A stretch of DNA of 31,781 nucleotides, from assembly GCF_006345805.1 (NCBI RefSeq), contig NW_021832182.1, positions 1 to 31,781 on the forward strand. The letters run 5' to 3'. The notes beneath the pieces are model-generated. The model searched no databases. It worked only from the letters and a program-made list of their open reading frames with translations, and was not told the DNA's origin. This DNA comes from Octopus sinensis (Eukaryota). The position numbers and the translations under genes were made by a program. This document shows positions 10,638-21,903 of this stretch, piece after piece (position 1 is the stretch's first letter; each line of letters opens with the position of its first letter).

Positions 10638-11214
10638 TATATATATATACATGTGGAATTAAGAGTTTAATTATAATGTCTTCACTTACCTGAAGAGTAG
10701 CTATATATCATTAGATCGAAGAAATATTAATTTTTCAGATTATCGATTTTGATAATGTCGATTTAAATATATCGTCACGAAACGCATCTCGTTGATTTAA
10801 TGTGCGAAATTTAGTATAGTATGTTTCAGTATATTATTAATAATATTATATATTTATATTTTATTATAGATAATATTTTTCAATATTAATTGAATTACTT
10901 TATGGAGGGTCTGTCTCTTAATTATATATAATATATATATGTGTGTGTGTGTAATACACCTATATATGAGGCAATTCAACATTGCCTCTTATGTGATAAC
11001 TCTTATGTGTTTAAATATGTTTAAATGTGTTTAAACACATAAGACGGATACCTCTTATGTGTTTAAATGTACACTGCATTTATATGAATAATATATAGTC
11101 TATTGACAATTTTTTTACACGTTAGGCCATTTTTATTACCCTGTTATTGTTAATTATAGATTGATAGATAGACAGATATATATATATATATATATATATA
11201 ATAGATAGATAGAC

Positions 11215-13945
11215 ATATTTCTCTATTAGCCATGCAAGGCTGCACACAGACGGGAGAGATTACAATGTAGAGCTTTTCTTTTTTAGGAAATAAAAGGTGG
11301 GTTAGATTTTCGATCAAAAGGGATCGTAAAAGGGAAAGAAGAAGAAAAAAGGAAAAGAAACAAAAGAAAACAAACGATCAATAGGGATCGTGTATCACAG
11401 TGTCATGATGTAAGGTGTAAAGGGGGAAGAAGATAAGGTTTATCCATGGGAAGAAAAGCCTACGGAAAAGACCACGGTAACCTCGGTCAATATTGTTACA
11501 TATTACCACATTTGTTTGCAAGTAACCCTATGTTTTAAATTTCCGGCTTCATAGGATTATGCTCAAGCTGTCTTCGTCATTCATACGAGCCATCCTTGTT
11601 ACATTCACCCATCTTTTTTAAAACATTCGCTAGACAAAACTTGCCTCTCTACTCTCACTTTCCTTTTCAAATGATACTTGAAGATGTTGATGACCAGAGA
11701 GGAAAGTGTTTGTCTCCAATCCTTTCAGACGCGTCCACCAGATACATTCTTTCGCCATATGATAAAAAATAGCTCTTCATTCCTGTTTAAAAGAAGGAGG
11801 CGTGACCATATTGACGATAGACTCGGCTGATAAACCGACTCGTCCCACACGTGACAGCAGTTGTTCGACATAGGCCCACAAGTCAGAAATGGTTGGACAG
11901 TGCACGAGTGCGTGCAGAACGGTTTCGTCGCTCTGACTGCATCTCGGGTAGGTCGGCCCCGTGTTCCTCGAGCCGTGTCAGTAGAACTTATCCCGAAGGA
12001 GTAGCGCTTCTCGGTAGCACTGCCAGGCCAGGGATCTCTGGACGTTGTCAATGGGCCCTTGCCCGAAAGTCGTCCTGAACAGGCGGCTTAGGTATTCCTC
12101 GTCGAGGTCCAGGTTCGCCCCGAGCTCGTCGTCGCACCGCCCCTCCACTATAGAATGCTTGGGTTGTGTTGAAGTCACTCATTGTCGACCCGGGACGGCA
12201 TAGTTGCTTAACAGCAACGCGACACTCGCGGTAACATTCGTCCTTTCTCGGCCTCTTTTTGATCCACGACTGCAGTTTTGTCATGGAGACGAGTTGCGGG
12301 AAACGTGCCTCACAAACAGCGACTATATCTGTTCACCGTCGTCTACGTAAAGCCCGAGATGTCGCAGTCTCAGCGCGTGTGTGTGCATCATCAAACACGG
12401 CATGCCCAGTCCTCCCCTTTAACGGGTGCTGACAGCAAGTGGATCGCCTGACCATCGGGACGCATCATTTCCGCAAAACGCAACAGAAAATGCGTTCTAG
12501 TTTGGTAATGTTAGGGTCTGGACAAGGCACGACGGTCAGGCGGTAGTAGATGACGGACGCGATGTACGAGTTGGCCACCTCCACCCAACCATTTAGGGAC
12601 AGTTTCCTCTCGGCCTATTGCCGGGCGAGAGTGACCACCCCACTCATTATCTCGTTCCAGTTCTTCTCCATCTGGAGGTCCGGTCCAAACCAGACCCCGA
12701 GAAACTCCACCGGACCGTCGGTCCAGCGTCCCATGACGGAGGCTCTGATGGACGGCCTGGGCTTGCTTCTCCAGGTGCCGAGTCGCAAGCCCACTGATTT
12801 TTCCCGGTTGATTTTCGCTCCTGTCACCACTTCGTAGTCTTGCAGTGTCACTCCGACCTGCTCGATATGCTCGTGTCTAGACACTATGACGGTGTCATCG
12901 TCAGCGTATGCAGACACGCTCGTCACGCATTCCAATTCTCGTGGGATGCCCCTCAGAGTTGCCAGCTTCCGCAATAATGTTTCGAGAGTCAATGCGTACA
13001 GAAGCGACGTGCAATGTCGAAAAATCTCTATAGATGCTCATTTACACAAATTACCGTACGGATGCCTGTGTACAAAGCGGCTATCCAGCCACGGAAGACG
13101 GCACCGAAACCAGCCGCTCTGAGAACAGCCTCCAAGTATCGAAAGATTTCGATTGATCCAAATTGATCAGCGCCCCACCCATGCCAGGTTCCTTAACTAC
13201 CCTGTCTATGATGTAGCACATCAGGTGGAGGTTGTCATTGATGCTCCGGCCCGGCACGGCGCACGTTTGCGCCTTGTCGACCAGTTTCTCGATGAAAAGC
13301 GACAACATCTTGGCTAACAACTTGGCCGAAATTTGCAAGTCTGCATTGAGCAGTGATGGGCCTAAAGTTATCTATAACATTCCCCTTGTTTAGATCTTTC
13401 TTCAGGAGTGTTACGGCTCCTCAGATCACAAAACCAGGAATGCTCCCGTATTGCTGCCAGTTGTAGTACACCGCTGCCAAGACGTCTCCAAACAAGTCTG
13501 GCATACAACTGTAAAGCTCGTAGGGTAGACCATCCAAACCTGGCAACTTGTCACTCGAGCATTCTGCCATCGCGTCCCGCACTTCCGCCGCCGTGATGTC
13601 ACCTTCGCAGCGCCCTGCCTCTCTTGTCGAGAGTCGTGGTATGCTGTGTAGGTAGGCACTGAAGTCCACCCTACGCTCTTGCCCGCCACTCGTCCCGAAC
13701 AGTCGGGCAAAATGCTGTTGGAAGGCCTCACACATTTTACTTGGCTCGAGCAATTCGCGCCCCTGTTCATCTACGAGAGAATGAATTGTGGCTTTGTTGC
13801 CCTGTTGCGCTTCTGCCACCCGGGTTTCTCTCGCGGCTCTAACACCTTCGATCCTTAGAGCACGCATCCTAGCTGTGACAACACACCCTTCGTGTTTTGC
13901 GTTGAAGTGTTGTTCGAGGGCGAACCTCGCCGCCAAAATGTCGGA
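11215..13945 (-). mobile_element. 5'-truncated L1/Tx1-clade non-LTR retrotransposon, decayed ORF2 and 3' UTR
   Basis: PGLDGLPYELY, QTCAVPGRSINDNL, ALINLDQSKSFD (LDxEKAFD), VSAYADD, GAKINREKS and FLGVWFG. The ORF2 frame ends ...SLSIIL* at 11549-11551. No endonuclease domain is present. Confidence 0.9.
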
Positions 13946-13977
13946 TAGATAGCTAGATGGAACGAGACAGAGAGAGA

Positions 13978-14088
13978 CATACATACATACATACATATAT
14001 ACATACATACATACATACATACATACATACATACATACATACATACATACATACATACATACATACATACTTTTATATACATACATAC
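13978..14088. repeat. (CATA)n microsatellite
   Basis: Direct reading. Confidence 0.95.
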
Positions 14089-14094
14089 GTAGAT

Positions 14095-14190
14095 AAAAAG
14101 AATAATTTTAAAAATTGGTATGCAAATCACGTAGCCTCCTTCCGACATAAGGACACAAGCAAAGCTACTAAGTTCGCTACATATTCTTTA
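14095..14190 (+). mobile_element. Penelope-like GIY-YIG fragment
   Basis: KKNNFKNWYANHVASFRHKDTSKATKFATY resembles the PLE FK.RY.NH..SF.H....T.LS.Y motif. A T-rich tract and an HHR remnant follow. Confidence 0.55.
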
Positions 14191-14390
14191 TTAACATTTT
14201 GCAAACTTTCCAGCCCTTTAATTTAAGACCTAAGGAGGATTACACTTTCACCTTTTCTACTTTTTAATTTTTAGATTTTTGTGTTTTCATTTTCTTTTGT
14301 TTTAACTTTCTACATTTTCTATATGCTGTATTCTCAGTTTTCTCAAGTTTCTTCTCTTATTCATTTTTCTTTAGTTCGTAATGATATGTT

Positions 14391-14456
14391 GTTTGTGCCT
14401 GGTGTATATGTTTGAGATATCTCTCAACATATGAAACTGAACTTAAAGTCATAGAC
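14391..14456 (+). ncRNA. Degenerate hammerhead remnant
   Basis: GTTTGT-gc / CTGGTGT (2 changes from CTGATGA) / ATATGTTtGAGA-tatc-TCTCAACATAT / GAAACT...AGTC / ATAGAC. Confidence 0.4.
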
Positions 14457-14488
14457 TATGTCCATTAAATTAATAAAAAGTATATATA

Positions 14489-14750
14489 TTGGTGTTTGTT
14501 TATTCTCGAGCCATGCCTGGCTCATAAGCGACGAGACACCGGACCTTTGCCGGTGAGCTGCTAGAAGCAAGAGGAAAGAGTGAGAGAATGTGGTGGAGAA
14601 AGAGTCAGCAGAGGTTCACCATTACCTTAGGCCGGAGCTGCGTGGAGCTGAGGTGTTCCGCTCATAAACAGACATCGCATAATCTGAGATTCGAACCCGC
14701 AATCCCTCGAGCGCGAGTCTGCTGCTCTAACCACTAGAACTTGTGCCTCC
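14489..14750 (-). mobile_element. tRNA-derived SINE
   Basis: Minus-strand head ggaggcacaagttctAGTGGTTAGagc...GGTTCGAATCtc (A and B boxes). The body is homologous to 23916-24202. Confidence 0.8.
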
Positions 14751-14771
14751 TTATATTTATATACCTATATA

Positions 14772-14819
<48 letters not shown>

Positions 14820-14821
<2 letters not shown>

Positions 14822-15046
14822 ATAGGAATAAAAAATGGAGTTAACGCAGGTTTAAACAAGTATTTTTTCTTTCTACATATGTTTCAAAAATTCCACTGAT
14901 ACTTATTCAAAAGAATAAAAGGTATAAATAATGCATTGTTTATACCTTTTATTCTTTTGAATAAGTATCAGTGGAATTTTTGAAACATGTGTCGAAAGTA
15001 AAAATACTTGTTTAAACCTGCGTTAACTCATTTTTTATTCCTATTA
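14820..15046. repeat. Near-perfect fold-back element, ~227 bp
   Basis: Arms such as gttaacgcaggtttaaacaagtatttt / aaaatacttgtttaaacctgcgttaac and tttcaaaaattccactgatacttattcaaaagaataaaaggtataaa with its reverse complement. Centre aatgcatt at ~14933. Confidence 0.92.
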
Positions 15047-15184
15047 TTCAAATATCAACGTAAACACGAAGTTTCAACACTTTATAACAAGGAGTTACAA
15101 CATCTTTACTTGTGAGATTTTTGCTGTCCTGGTAACTATTCATTCATTTATCCGTGTTAAATGTTAACAAGGTAAAATACACTC

Positions 15185-15259
<75 letters not shown>

Positions 15260-15260
15260 A

Positions 15261-15360
15261 TCAAAATAAAAACACGACGCAAAGGATTTTGTGGTACATA
15301 TGTTTCGGGCTTTATTGAACAACTTATATCAATGCAGATAGACCTCTGGCCTTGTATTGA
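15261..15360 (-). mobile_element. Diverged pLTR fragment of the 7091/9686 family, with dead hammerhead core
   Basis: tcaaaataaaa...aaggattt..gtggtacatatgtttcgggcttt aligns to 7099-7150. The CTGAAGA position is decayed to CAATACA. Confidence 0.65.
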
Positions 15361-15599
15361 AATCTTCTACATTCACTCTGCCAACTGTTACCAATTAAGA
15401 TGTTATATCTGATTCGGCAGGCATTTTACTCGCTTAACGCTTTTGACATACTCCTCCATACTGGACCGTCTGAAATCGCAGTGAATTGTTTGGATGTACT
15501 TCGACACATTCAAAGTGACGTCTGTTTATTTCTCCCCCCCCTTAATGTCACTCTTGGTACAAAATTGATCAGTGTGTCCAATCGCAGCAAAGTCTAAAG

Positions 15600-16371
15600 A
15601 AAAGTGGTAAGGTTATGTCATAAAATAGAATCCATGTGACCATTTACATGAAAATATTCCATTGACATTTAAATCTCAATACATTATATAAATAACCGAC
15701 GTTTTATATGTCGAAGTGCTTAATTTTACTCACTGTTCAATTTTCTTCAAAATCAGTTCATTATTTTATTGTGAATGATTTTGACGATTTCTGCCTTTCA
15801 TCATTTTATTTTAATTCTACTACATGACTCCGACCACAAACTTTCCCAAGAAGTCAAAGTTAATCAAAATCGGATGAATTATGTGAAAGTTACAACAGAA
15901 AATACTATTACTATGGGTGATTGAATACAAAAAGCGTATTGATTTCTTAAAATCCAACGCTCACTTTGAAATTTACGGCCAAAAATAAATTCTCTGTGGA
16001 TATTTGTACGCAAAACGCTTATTCATTTTATGAAACCACTTCTCAGGCGCATTTGCCGATTCTTTCCTTAACGTCATATACTGACATCAACTCACTCCCA
16101 TGAGCCTCGTTCATTCATCGATTTTCATCAAAATTGGATAGAAACTGCAAAAACTGCAGGTAAATAACATCGTCATGGGAATATCCGATGTTACTGAACA
16201 AAATTTTTTAAATGTCGCCATTAAAACAATTTTTAAAGAGCTTCCTGCCATCATTTTCAACACTGAAGTGAAACGTAGGAAAAAGATATCTTGTGTGGGA
16301 GTGCTATACTAAAAGTCTTCAAAAATATTCTGTTTTGGGAATTTCTCGGCAACGAAGGGATATTCAGCTAG
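15600..16371 (+). mobile_element. Non-autonomous Helitron-like element (3' end clear, 5' end uncertain)
   Basis: Ends ctcggcaacgaagggatattcagCTAG|t, a degenerate hairpin plus CTAG before T. Confidence 0.5.
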
Positions 16372-16526
16372 TGTATATACATATATGCATAAGTGTGTGT
16401 GTGTTTATGTTATTGTGTGTGTGTGTGTGTGTGTGTTCAATAATTAGGGAGTGGCATAGATAAAATCCAAGCTACATAAGCTTCATGTCTAACAGAACCA
16501 CGTAGGTAGCAACTATCCTAAAAGGG

Positions 16527-19500
16527 GTGCAAGATTGTTTATGGAAGACCAGCAGTCACCCATGCATACCGGCCTGTTCAAACGCAGAAGGTATCCAACG
16601 GTGCAACAGAAATTCAGATTTTGATGCAGCAATTGTTGCTGAACTACAAGATATGCTTCATGCAACACACCCTTATGTCTACGAATTCAAGAATGCGTTG
16701 CAGATTTTGGAAGCCCAACCTGAGCTAAAATTGATAATTAAAGCCTAGAGGCGACCTGCTGGTGAGCACCCGCGACGTTTCAATGCTCCAACCACCAACA
16801 AGGTTGCAGCAATCATAGTCGGCGAAGAAAATGGCAAGCGTGATATTGTCTTCCAGCACCGCGATAGCCGTCTGTCCTTTGTTTCGGAAACCTATCGGTC
16901 ATACGACTGCCTGCAGTACCCCCTACCGTTTCCCCTTTGGAGAGGATGGCTACAGCTTTCACCAATGCCATGTTGATCCAATCACGGGTGCTGAATTAAC
17001 CAATGCTGTTTCCTGCAAGGAATTCTATGCCTTCCGTCTTATGGTCAGAGAAGGTCAGTTCAACCAACTACTACGGTACAAGGAAGTCACAAATCAATTC
17101 TTGGTTGAGATGTTTACCAAGGTTGAAGGTGAAATGTTTCTTTATAGTCGTCAAAATCAATAGATCGATATCTTACCTTTCATGTCTAGCTGTATGGTAA
17201 TGCAAGAAACATTGGCCTTCCGGTGATACTTCCTTCCAGCTATACCGGGTCTCCACGGTACATGCATCAGCGGACACAGGATGCCATGGCATATGTCCGT
17301 AAATTTGGCGGACCTGACCTCTTCATCACATTTACATGCAACTCAACTTGGCGAGAGACAAAGGAAAACTTATTCGAGGGCCAGGCTGCATGCGACAGAC
17401 ACGACTTAGTGGCCAGAGTTTTCCATGGAAAATTGCATAAATTAATGTGGCTATTGAAACATGATGCTGTCTACGGAAAACTTTACGCGTGGAAGTACGT
17501 TGTAGAATGGCAAAAGCGGGGTCTTTCACACGCCCATATACTGATTTGGTGCCAAGAAATAATAAGACCTGCGGACATCGATCAGATTATATGTGCAGAG
17601 CTGCCTGACCCTAATGTCGACTTGCAGCTATTCTAAATAGTGTCGGCGCATGTGAAACACGGGCCCTGTGGTGTCTTGAATCCTAATTCTCCATGTATGG
17701 AAAAAAATAGATGTTCAAAGCACTATCCCAGAGCTTTCAACAGGGTTACATGTACTGGTATTTACGGCTACCCAATTTACTAACGACGTGCCCCTGACTT
17801 TGGAGGAATTTCGGCGAAAAAAAAGGATAAAGGGCAAAGACATTGCCATCAACAACAGTATGGTTGTTCCCTACGGTCCTTTCTCCCATAAAAACTTCAA
17901 CGCCCACATCAACGTTGAATCTTGTACCTCGATTAAACATGTAAACAGGGCAGCGACATGGCTGTTTTGGGTGAGCAGGATGAAGACACAGCCAACGATG
18001 AAATCCTTCAATACGTTATGGGCAGGTTATTTCGTGCAATATGGCGGCAGGCGCATTCTAGGTTTTGATATTCACACCATTCCTCTGCAGCTGTTTTTGG
18101 CCTAGATGTACACTTAGAAAATAGGCAACGTGTTTACTTCACTGAGGACACCGCCGCAAATGTACTCAAACAGCCACCGGAAACAACGCTTACAGATTCT
18201 TTAAGTCGTGTACTTCCGATTCTTTGCGCAAACTCTACTTTATGACGATGTACCGTCCTACATCACTTGGACTAACAAAAAATGTCAAAGGCGGCGGCAG
18301 GCGTGCGAATCGACAATGAGGTCGGTTAGGTAATCTACAAAGGAAACATGATCGGTCGTGTCCACATTCTACACCCAAAGGATCAGGAGTGCTTTTTTGT
18401 GGATGATTCTGTTTCATATGAAAGGCCCAACATCATTTGCCCACGTCAGATCATTCGAAGGACAAATGTGTTGCACTTACAGGGAAGCTTGCTTGCGACG
18501 GGGACTACTCGAGGATGAGGGTCTCTGGAACACGGCATGCAAGAGGCCTCTGAATGCAAGACATCCAGAAGTTATGCCGCCGAATTTTTGTCTCATCTAT
18601 TCAGTAATGTGTCTAACCCTCTTCATTTCTGGGACACATTAAAGATAGATTTTTCCGAAGACCATCTCCGACGACCTCAAGCCGAAGATCCAACGGCTGG
18701 ATTCGACTTCAATAATGTCACCTACAACACAGCACTCCTCGATTTGCAATCGCAACTGTAAGTTATGGGAGGAGTTGGCGTCCTCAGATTTCAGTCTGCC
18801 GTCTCCGCGGGACATTCCAAATGCTTTAGCTGCTGAGTATATGCGAGAGTTGAGCTACAACACGCGGGAAATGGTGGCGCAGGTTACTCAGGATGAGCCT
18901 AGACTTTTGGAAGTACAGAGAATTGAATACGATATGTTCCTCACCAGTGGTAATTCCAACGAAGGACAACTTTATTTCTTGGATGCTCCCGGCAGAACCG
19001 CCAAAATTCTCCAGGAAAATGGGATTGCCATAGCGGTTGCATCCAACAGCATCGCAGAAACTCTACTGCAAGGCGGTCGTACGGCACACTCTGCATTCAA
19101 ATTACCACTAGACTTGACGAAACAGAGAAATCCAACTTGCAATGTTAGTCGTGGCTCAGCCATGGGGAATCTTCTCACTGAGTGCAGCCTTATCATTTGG
19201 GATGAGGCAGCCATTTGTCATAAGGCAGCATTCGAGGCGCTCGAGCGGTTTCTTCAAGACCTGAGACGCAATATGAGAGTGATGGGTGGAGTGATTGTTC
19301 TGCTTGCTGGCAACTTCCGACAAACTCTACCTGTCATTCCACGGGGGACACGAGCTGACGAGGTAAATGCTTCCAAAAAATCATCCTAGTTATGGCACCA
19401 CAGAGAGAAAATTCGCCTGACTACGAACATGAGAGTTCACGTGTTTGGCGACGAACATAAGGCCACATTCTCGGTGCAGCTTCTCGATGTTAGTAATGGA

Positions 19501-20390
19501 ACTGTAGCAGGCCATACTGATGGTTTCATCCATTTACCATTTGGTAACTTCGTACCTACCATAGATAATTTGATTTCTGCAGTTTTTCTTGACATTGCAA
19601 GCCAAAGCCTTCACAAAACTTGCCTACAAGGAATAGCAATGTTGGCGCCTCACAATAAAACAGTCGACGCTATTAATAAGAAACTTTTTGATCTGCTTCC
19701 TGGAGAAAAACTCTCCTTCAAGTCCATTGGCACGCATGAAAACCCGGAGGATATGACCATTTTCACAACAGAATTTCTTAATTCCCAAACGCCCCCAGAA
19801 CTTCCGCCTCACGAACTCCATCTCAAGGTTGTCGCGCCCATCATGCTGCTGCGGAATTTGGATGCTCCAATGTGTAACGGCACCCGGATGAGAATAAAAA
19901 ATATATACTCCCGAGTTCTGCAGGAAACAATCTTGAATGGACCAGCCAATGTTCACGATGTTCTTATAACCCCAATGTCCCTCACTCCCTCCGATACGAT
20001 CTACAAATTTAAGCGGCTGCAATTTCCTATCAAACTCTCCTTTGCAATGACATTAATCCCTATTTTTGTAAGCAGTTGTATCCATAAAAGTTTTCTTTGC
20101 AGAGAGCAGAAAGTGAAAGATATGTGAAATGGACATGTGTGTGTGTGTGTGTGTGCGTACTTACGCATGTGTATGTGAGAGAGAAAGAGGGTGAGAAAGA
20201 GAGATAGTGTGAGTGAGTGAAGGCACAGGGTCAATCATTGCAAATGGTTGGTTTAAATCTCACAGAGCAAGTGTTCTCCCACGGTCAACTCTTCCTTGGA
20301 TGCTCCCATGTTGGCAGCACACAAAGTCTAGACATTTGTACATCAGAAGGGAAAACGAGAAATGTGGCCTACAAGGAAGCGCTCCTCTGA
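16527..20390 (+). mobile_element. Decayed autonomous Helitron (Rep + PIF1-like helicase)
   Basis: Rep motifs PDLFITFTCN and VVEWQKRGLSHAHILIW. Helicase motifs FLDAPGRT, GGRTAHSAFKLP, IIWDEA, LAGNFRQTLPV, PIMLLRNL..CNGTR and RLQFPIKLSFAMT. C-terminus KAQGQSL..VFSHGQL..TRNVAYKEALL* at 20220-20390. Many stops, frameshifts and deletions. Confidence 0.95.
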
Positions 20391-20670
20391 AAAGATGGCA
20401 TTTCTTCACATCTTTCAAATCACCCCAGTCATCTGCCGCCTCGAGAGCTTCGTAGTCGCCGTGCCAGCCAATGTAACTCAATGACACACACCATCACTCA
20501 CTCACACTATCTCTCTTTCTCACCCTCTTTCTCTCTCACATAGAAATGCCCAAGTATGCACACACACACACACACACACACACATGTCCATTTCACATAT
20601 CTTTCAATTTCTGCTCTCTGCAAAGAAACTTTTTATGGATACAACTGCTTACAAAAATAGGGATTAATGT
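20050..20670. repeat. Inverted pair of ~170-bp microsatellite-containing units
   Basis: 20050-20220 and 20494-20670 are reverse complements (acattaatccctatttttgtaagcagttgtatccataaaa / ttttatggatacaactgcttacaaaaatagggattaatgt). Confidence 0.9.
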
Positions 20671-20829
20671 ATAATTTCTTTCTATCTTCATAATTAAATA
20701 AATGTTTTAATGATTAGACAGTGGTCCAATACAATAGCTCTCAGAAACAGACTACGTACAAATTCTTTCTTCACAACTTCTGAAGCTGTTTTCTGACAGC
20801 GGGAGGGGTGGTGATTGAAAGAAATTTTC

Positions 20830-20930
20830 ATATAGCTGGAGGCTCCAATTGAAACAGGGTACCCGAAATGATAAGGTTGAGAAACGCTGTTATAGATTAT
20901 GCCTAACCGAAAACGATCACACCCACATCA
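20830..20930 (+). mobile_element. Possible PLE GIY-YIG C-terminal fragment
   Basis: SYSWRL...KRCYRLCLTENDH resembles the PLE W.I....KRC.LCL.EK motif. The match is short. Confidence 0.35.
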
Positions 20931-21085
20931 TCAAAACAAACCGGGTGAAACCAGGCTTAGGTGCTAATATACCTATATTTACATATGTATGTATATGCAA
21001 ACATCCTGTTAACAAAGGTCGGGATGCATGACGTTCAGTTATTCCATAAATGTAAAATGTATTAAATACTACAAAACATACAAAA

Positions 21086-21174
21086 GAAACTTGCCCAAGG
21101 TGCCATGCAGTGGGGCTTAACCTGCAATATGTGGTTCGGTGGCATACTTCTTAGCGCACATCTACTCCTGCACC
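21086..21174 (-). mobile_element. SINE head fragment
   Basis: cttgcccaaggtgccatgcagtggggcttaacc...actcctgcacc is homologous to 24975-25061. Confidence 0.75.
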
Positions 21175-21181
21175 TACACAC

Positions 21182-21220
<39 letters not shown>

Positions 21221-21456
21221 ATATATATAAGATATATATATATATATTATGTGAATAGAAAGATGAATAATCTTGTAGTAGATTAATCAAAAGTTTAACC
21301 GATACCTTAGTAGCAAAAATCACAGCAGTGAACAGCACGGTTGGAGGTACAACCATCTGGCGTTGCAACCGTGCGTTGGTGCGGATAATTGAAATTAAAA
21401 CATTATTGGTGATTGAAGAAATGGAGCTGAACGCAGATTGAACAGAAATCGTTTTA

Positions 21457-21544
21457 TTTCATTCTACACGTGTTTCGAAGGCACAAATTACCAAAATCCG
21501 ATTGAATAATGGGACCATATTGTTCTTTCTCTTCAGGAAGAAAA
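21457..21544 (-). ncRNA. Type I hammerhead motif, intact core
   Basis: Minus strand TTTTCTTC / CTGAAGA / GAA...TTC / GAAAC-ACGT-GTA / GAATGAAA. Palindromic stem III loop, GUA triplet, and stem I with 7 of 8 pairs. Confidence 0.75.
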
Positions 21545-21720
21545 AAGGAAATCCGTTGGAAAAACAAAAACAGAACAGAGGCAGAGCAAAAAACAAATCG
21601 AACTGTGCTCCTAAGAGCCCATGGCGAAACTCCATGTTTCGCCATGGGCTCTTAGGAGCACAGTTCGATTTGTTTTTTGCTCTGCCCTGTTTCTGTTTTT
21701 GTTTTTCAACGGATTTCCTT

Positions 21721-21810
21721 TTTTCTTCCTGAAGAGAAAGACACAATATGGTCCCATTATTCAATCGGATTTTGGTAATTTGTTGCCTTTCGAACACGTG
21801 TAGAATGAAA
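21721..21810 (+). ncRNA. Type I hammerhead motif with one core A deleted
   Basis: TTTTCTTC / CTGAAGA / GAAAG...CTTTC / GAAC-ACGT-GTA / GAATGAAA. GAAA is reduced to GAA, so it is probably inactive. Confidence 0.65.
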
Positions 21811-21858
21811 TAAAACGATTTCTGTTCAATCTGCGTTCAGCTCCTTTCTTCAATTCAC

Positions 21859-21900
<42 letters not shown>

Positions 21901-21903
<3 letters not shown>

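Larger units (their letters stand above)
21402..21865. repeat. Large near-perfect fold-back element (464 bp) carrying a hammerhead in each arm
   Basis: Arms of ~230 bp are separated by a 5-nt loop (tccat, 21631-21635), with only a few mismatches or indels. Confidence 0.95.

Noticed and set aside
10660-10745. Strong minus-strand donor CAG|GTAAGT at ~10690, and a plus-strand CTGAAGA...GAAG hammerhead-like string
   Set aside because: There is no open frame or good acceptor upstream of the donor (an 11-nt microexon cannot be excluded). The HHR reading lacks GAAA and paired stems.
10985-11070. Three ctcttatgtg(tttaaa) repeats with one inverted copy
   Set aside because: Irregular spacing, no unique spacers and a eukaryotic context. 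It is a local slippage or duplication, not a CRISPR-like array.
17223-20127. Helitron ORFs of 137-232 aa as possible domesticated genes
   Set aside because: Numerous stops and frameshifts, and the Walker A GKT and Rep motif 3 (Y..KY) are deleted, so this is neutral decay.
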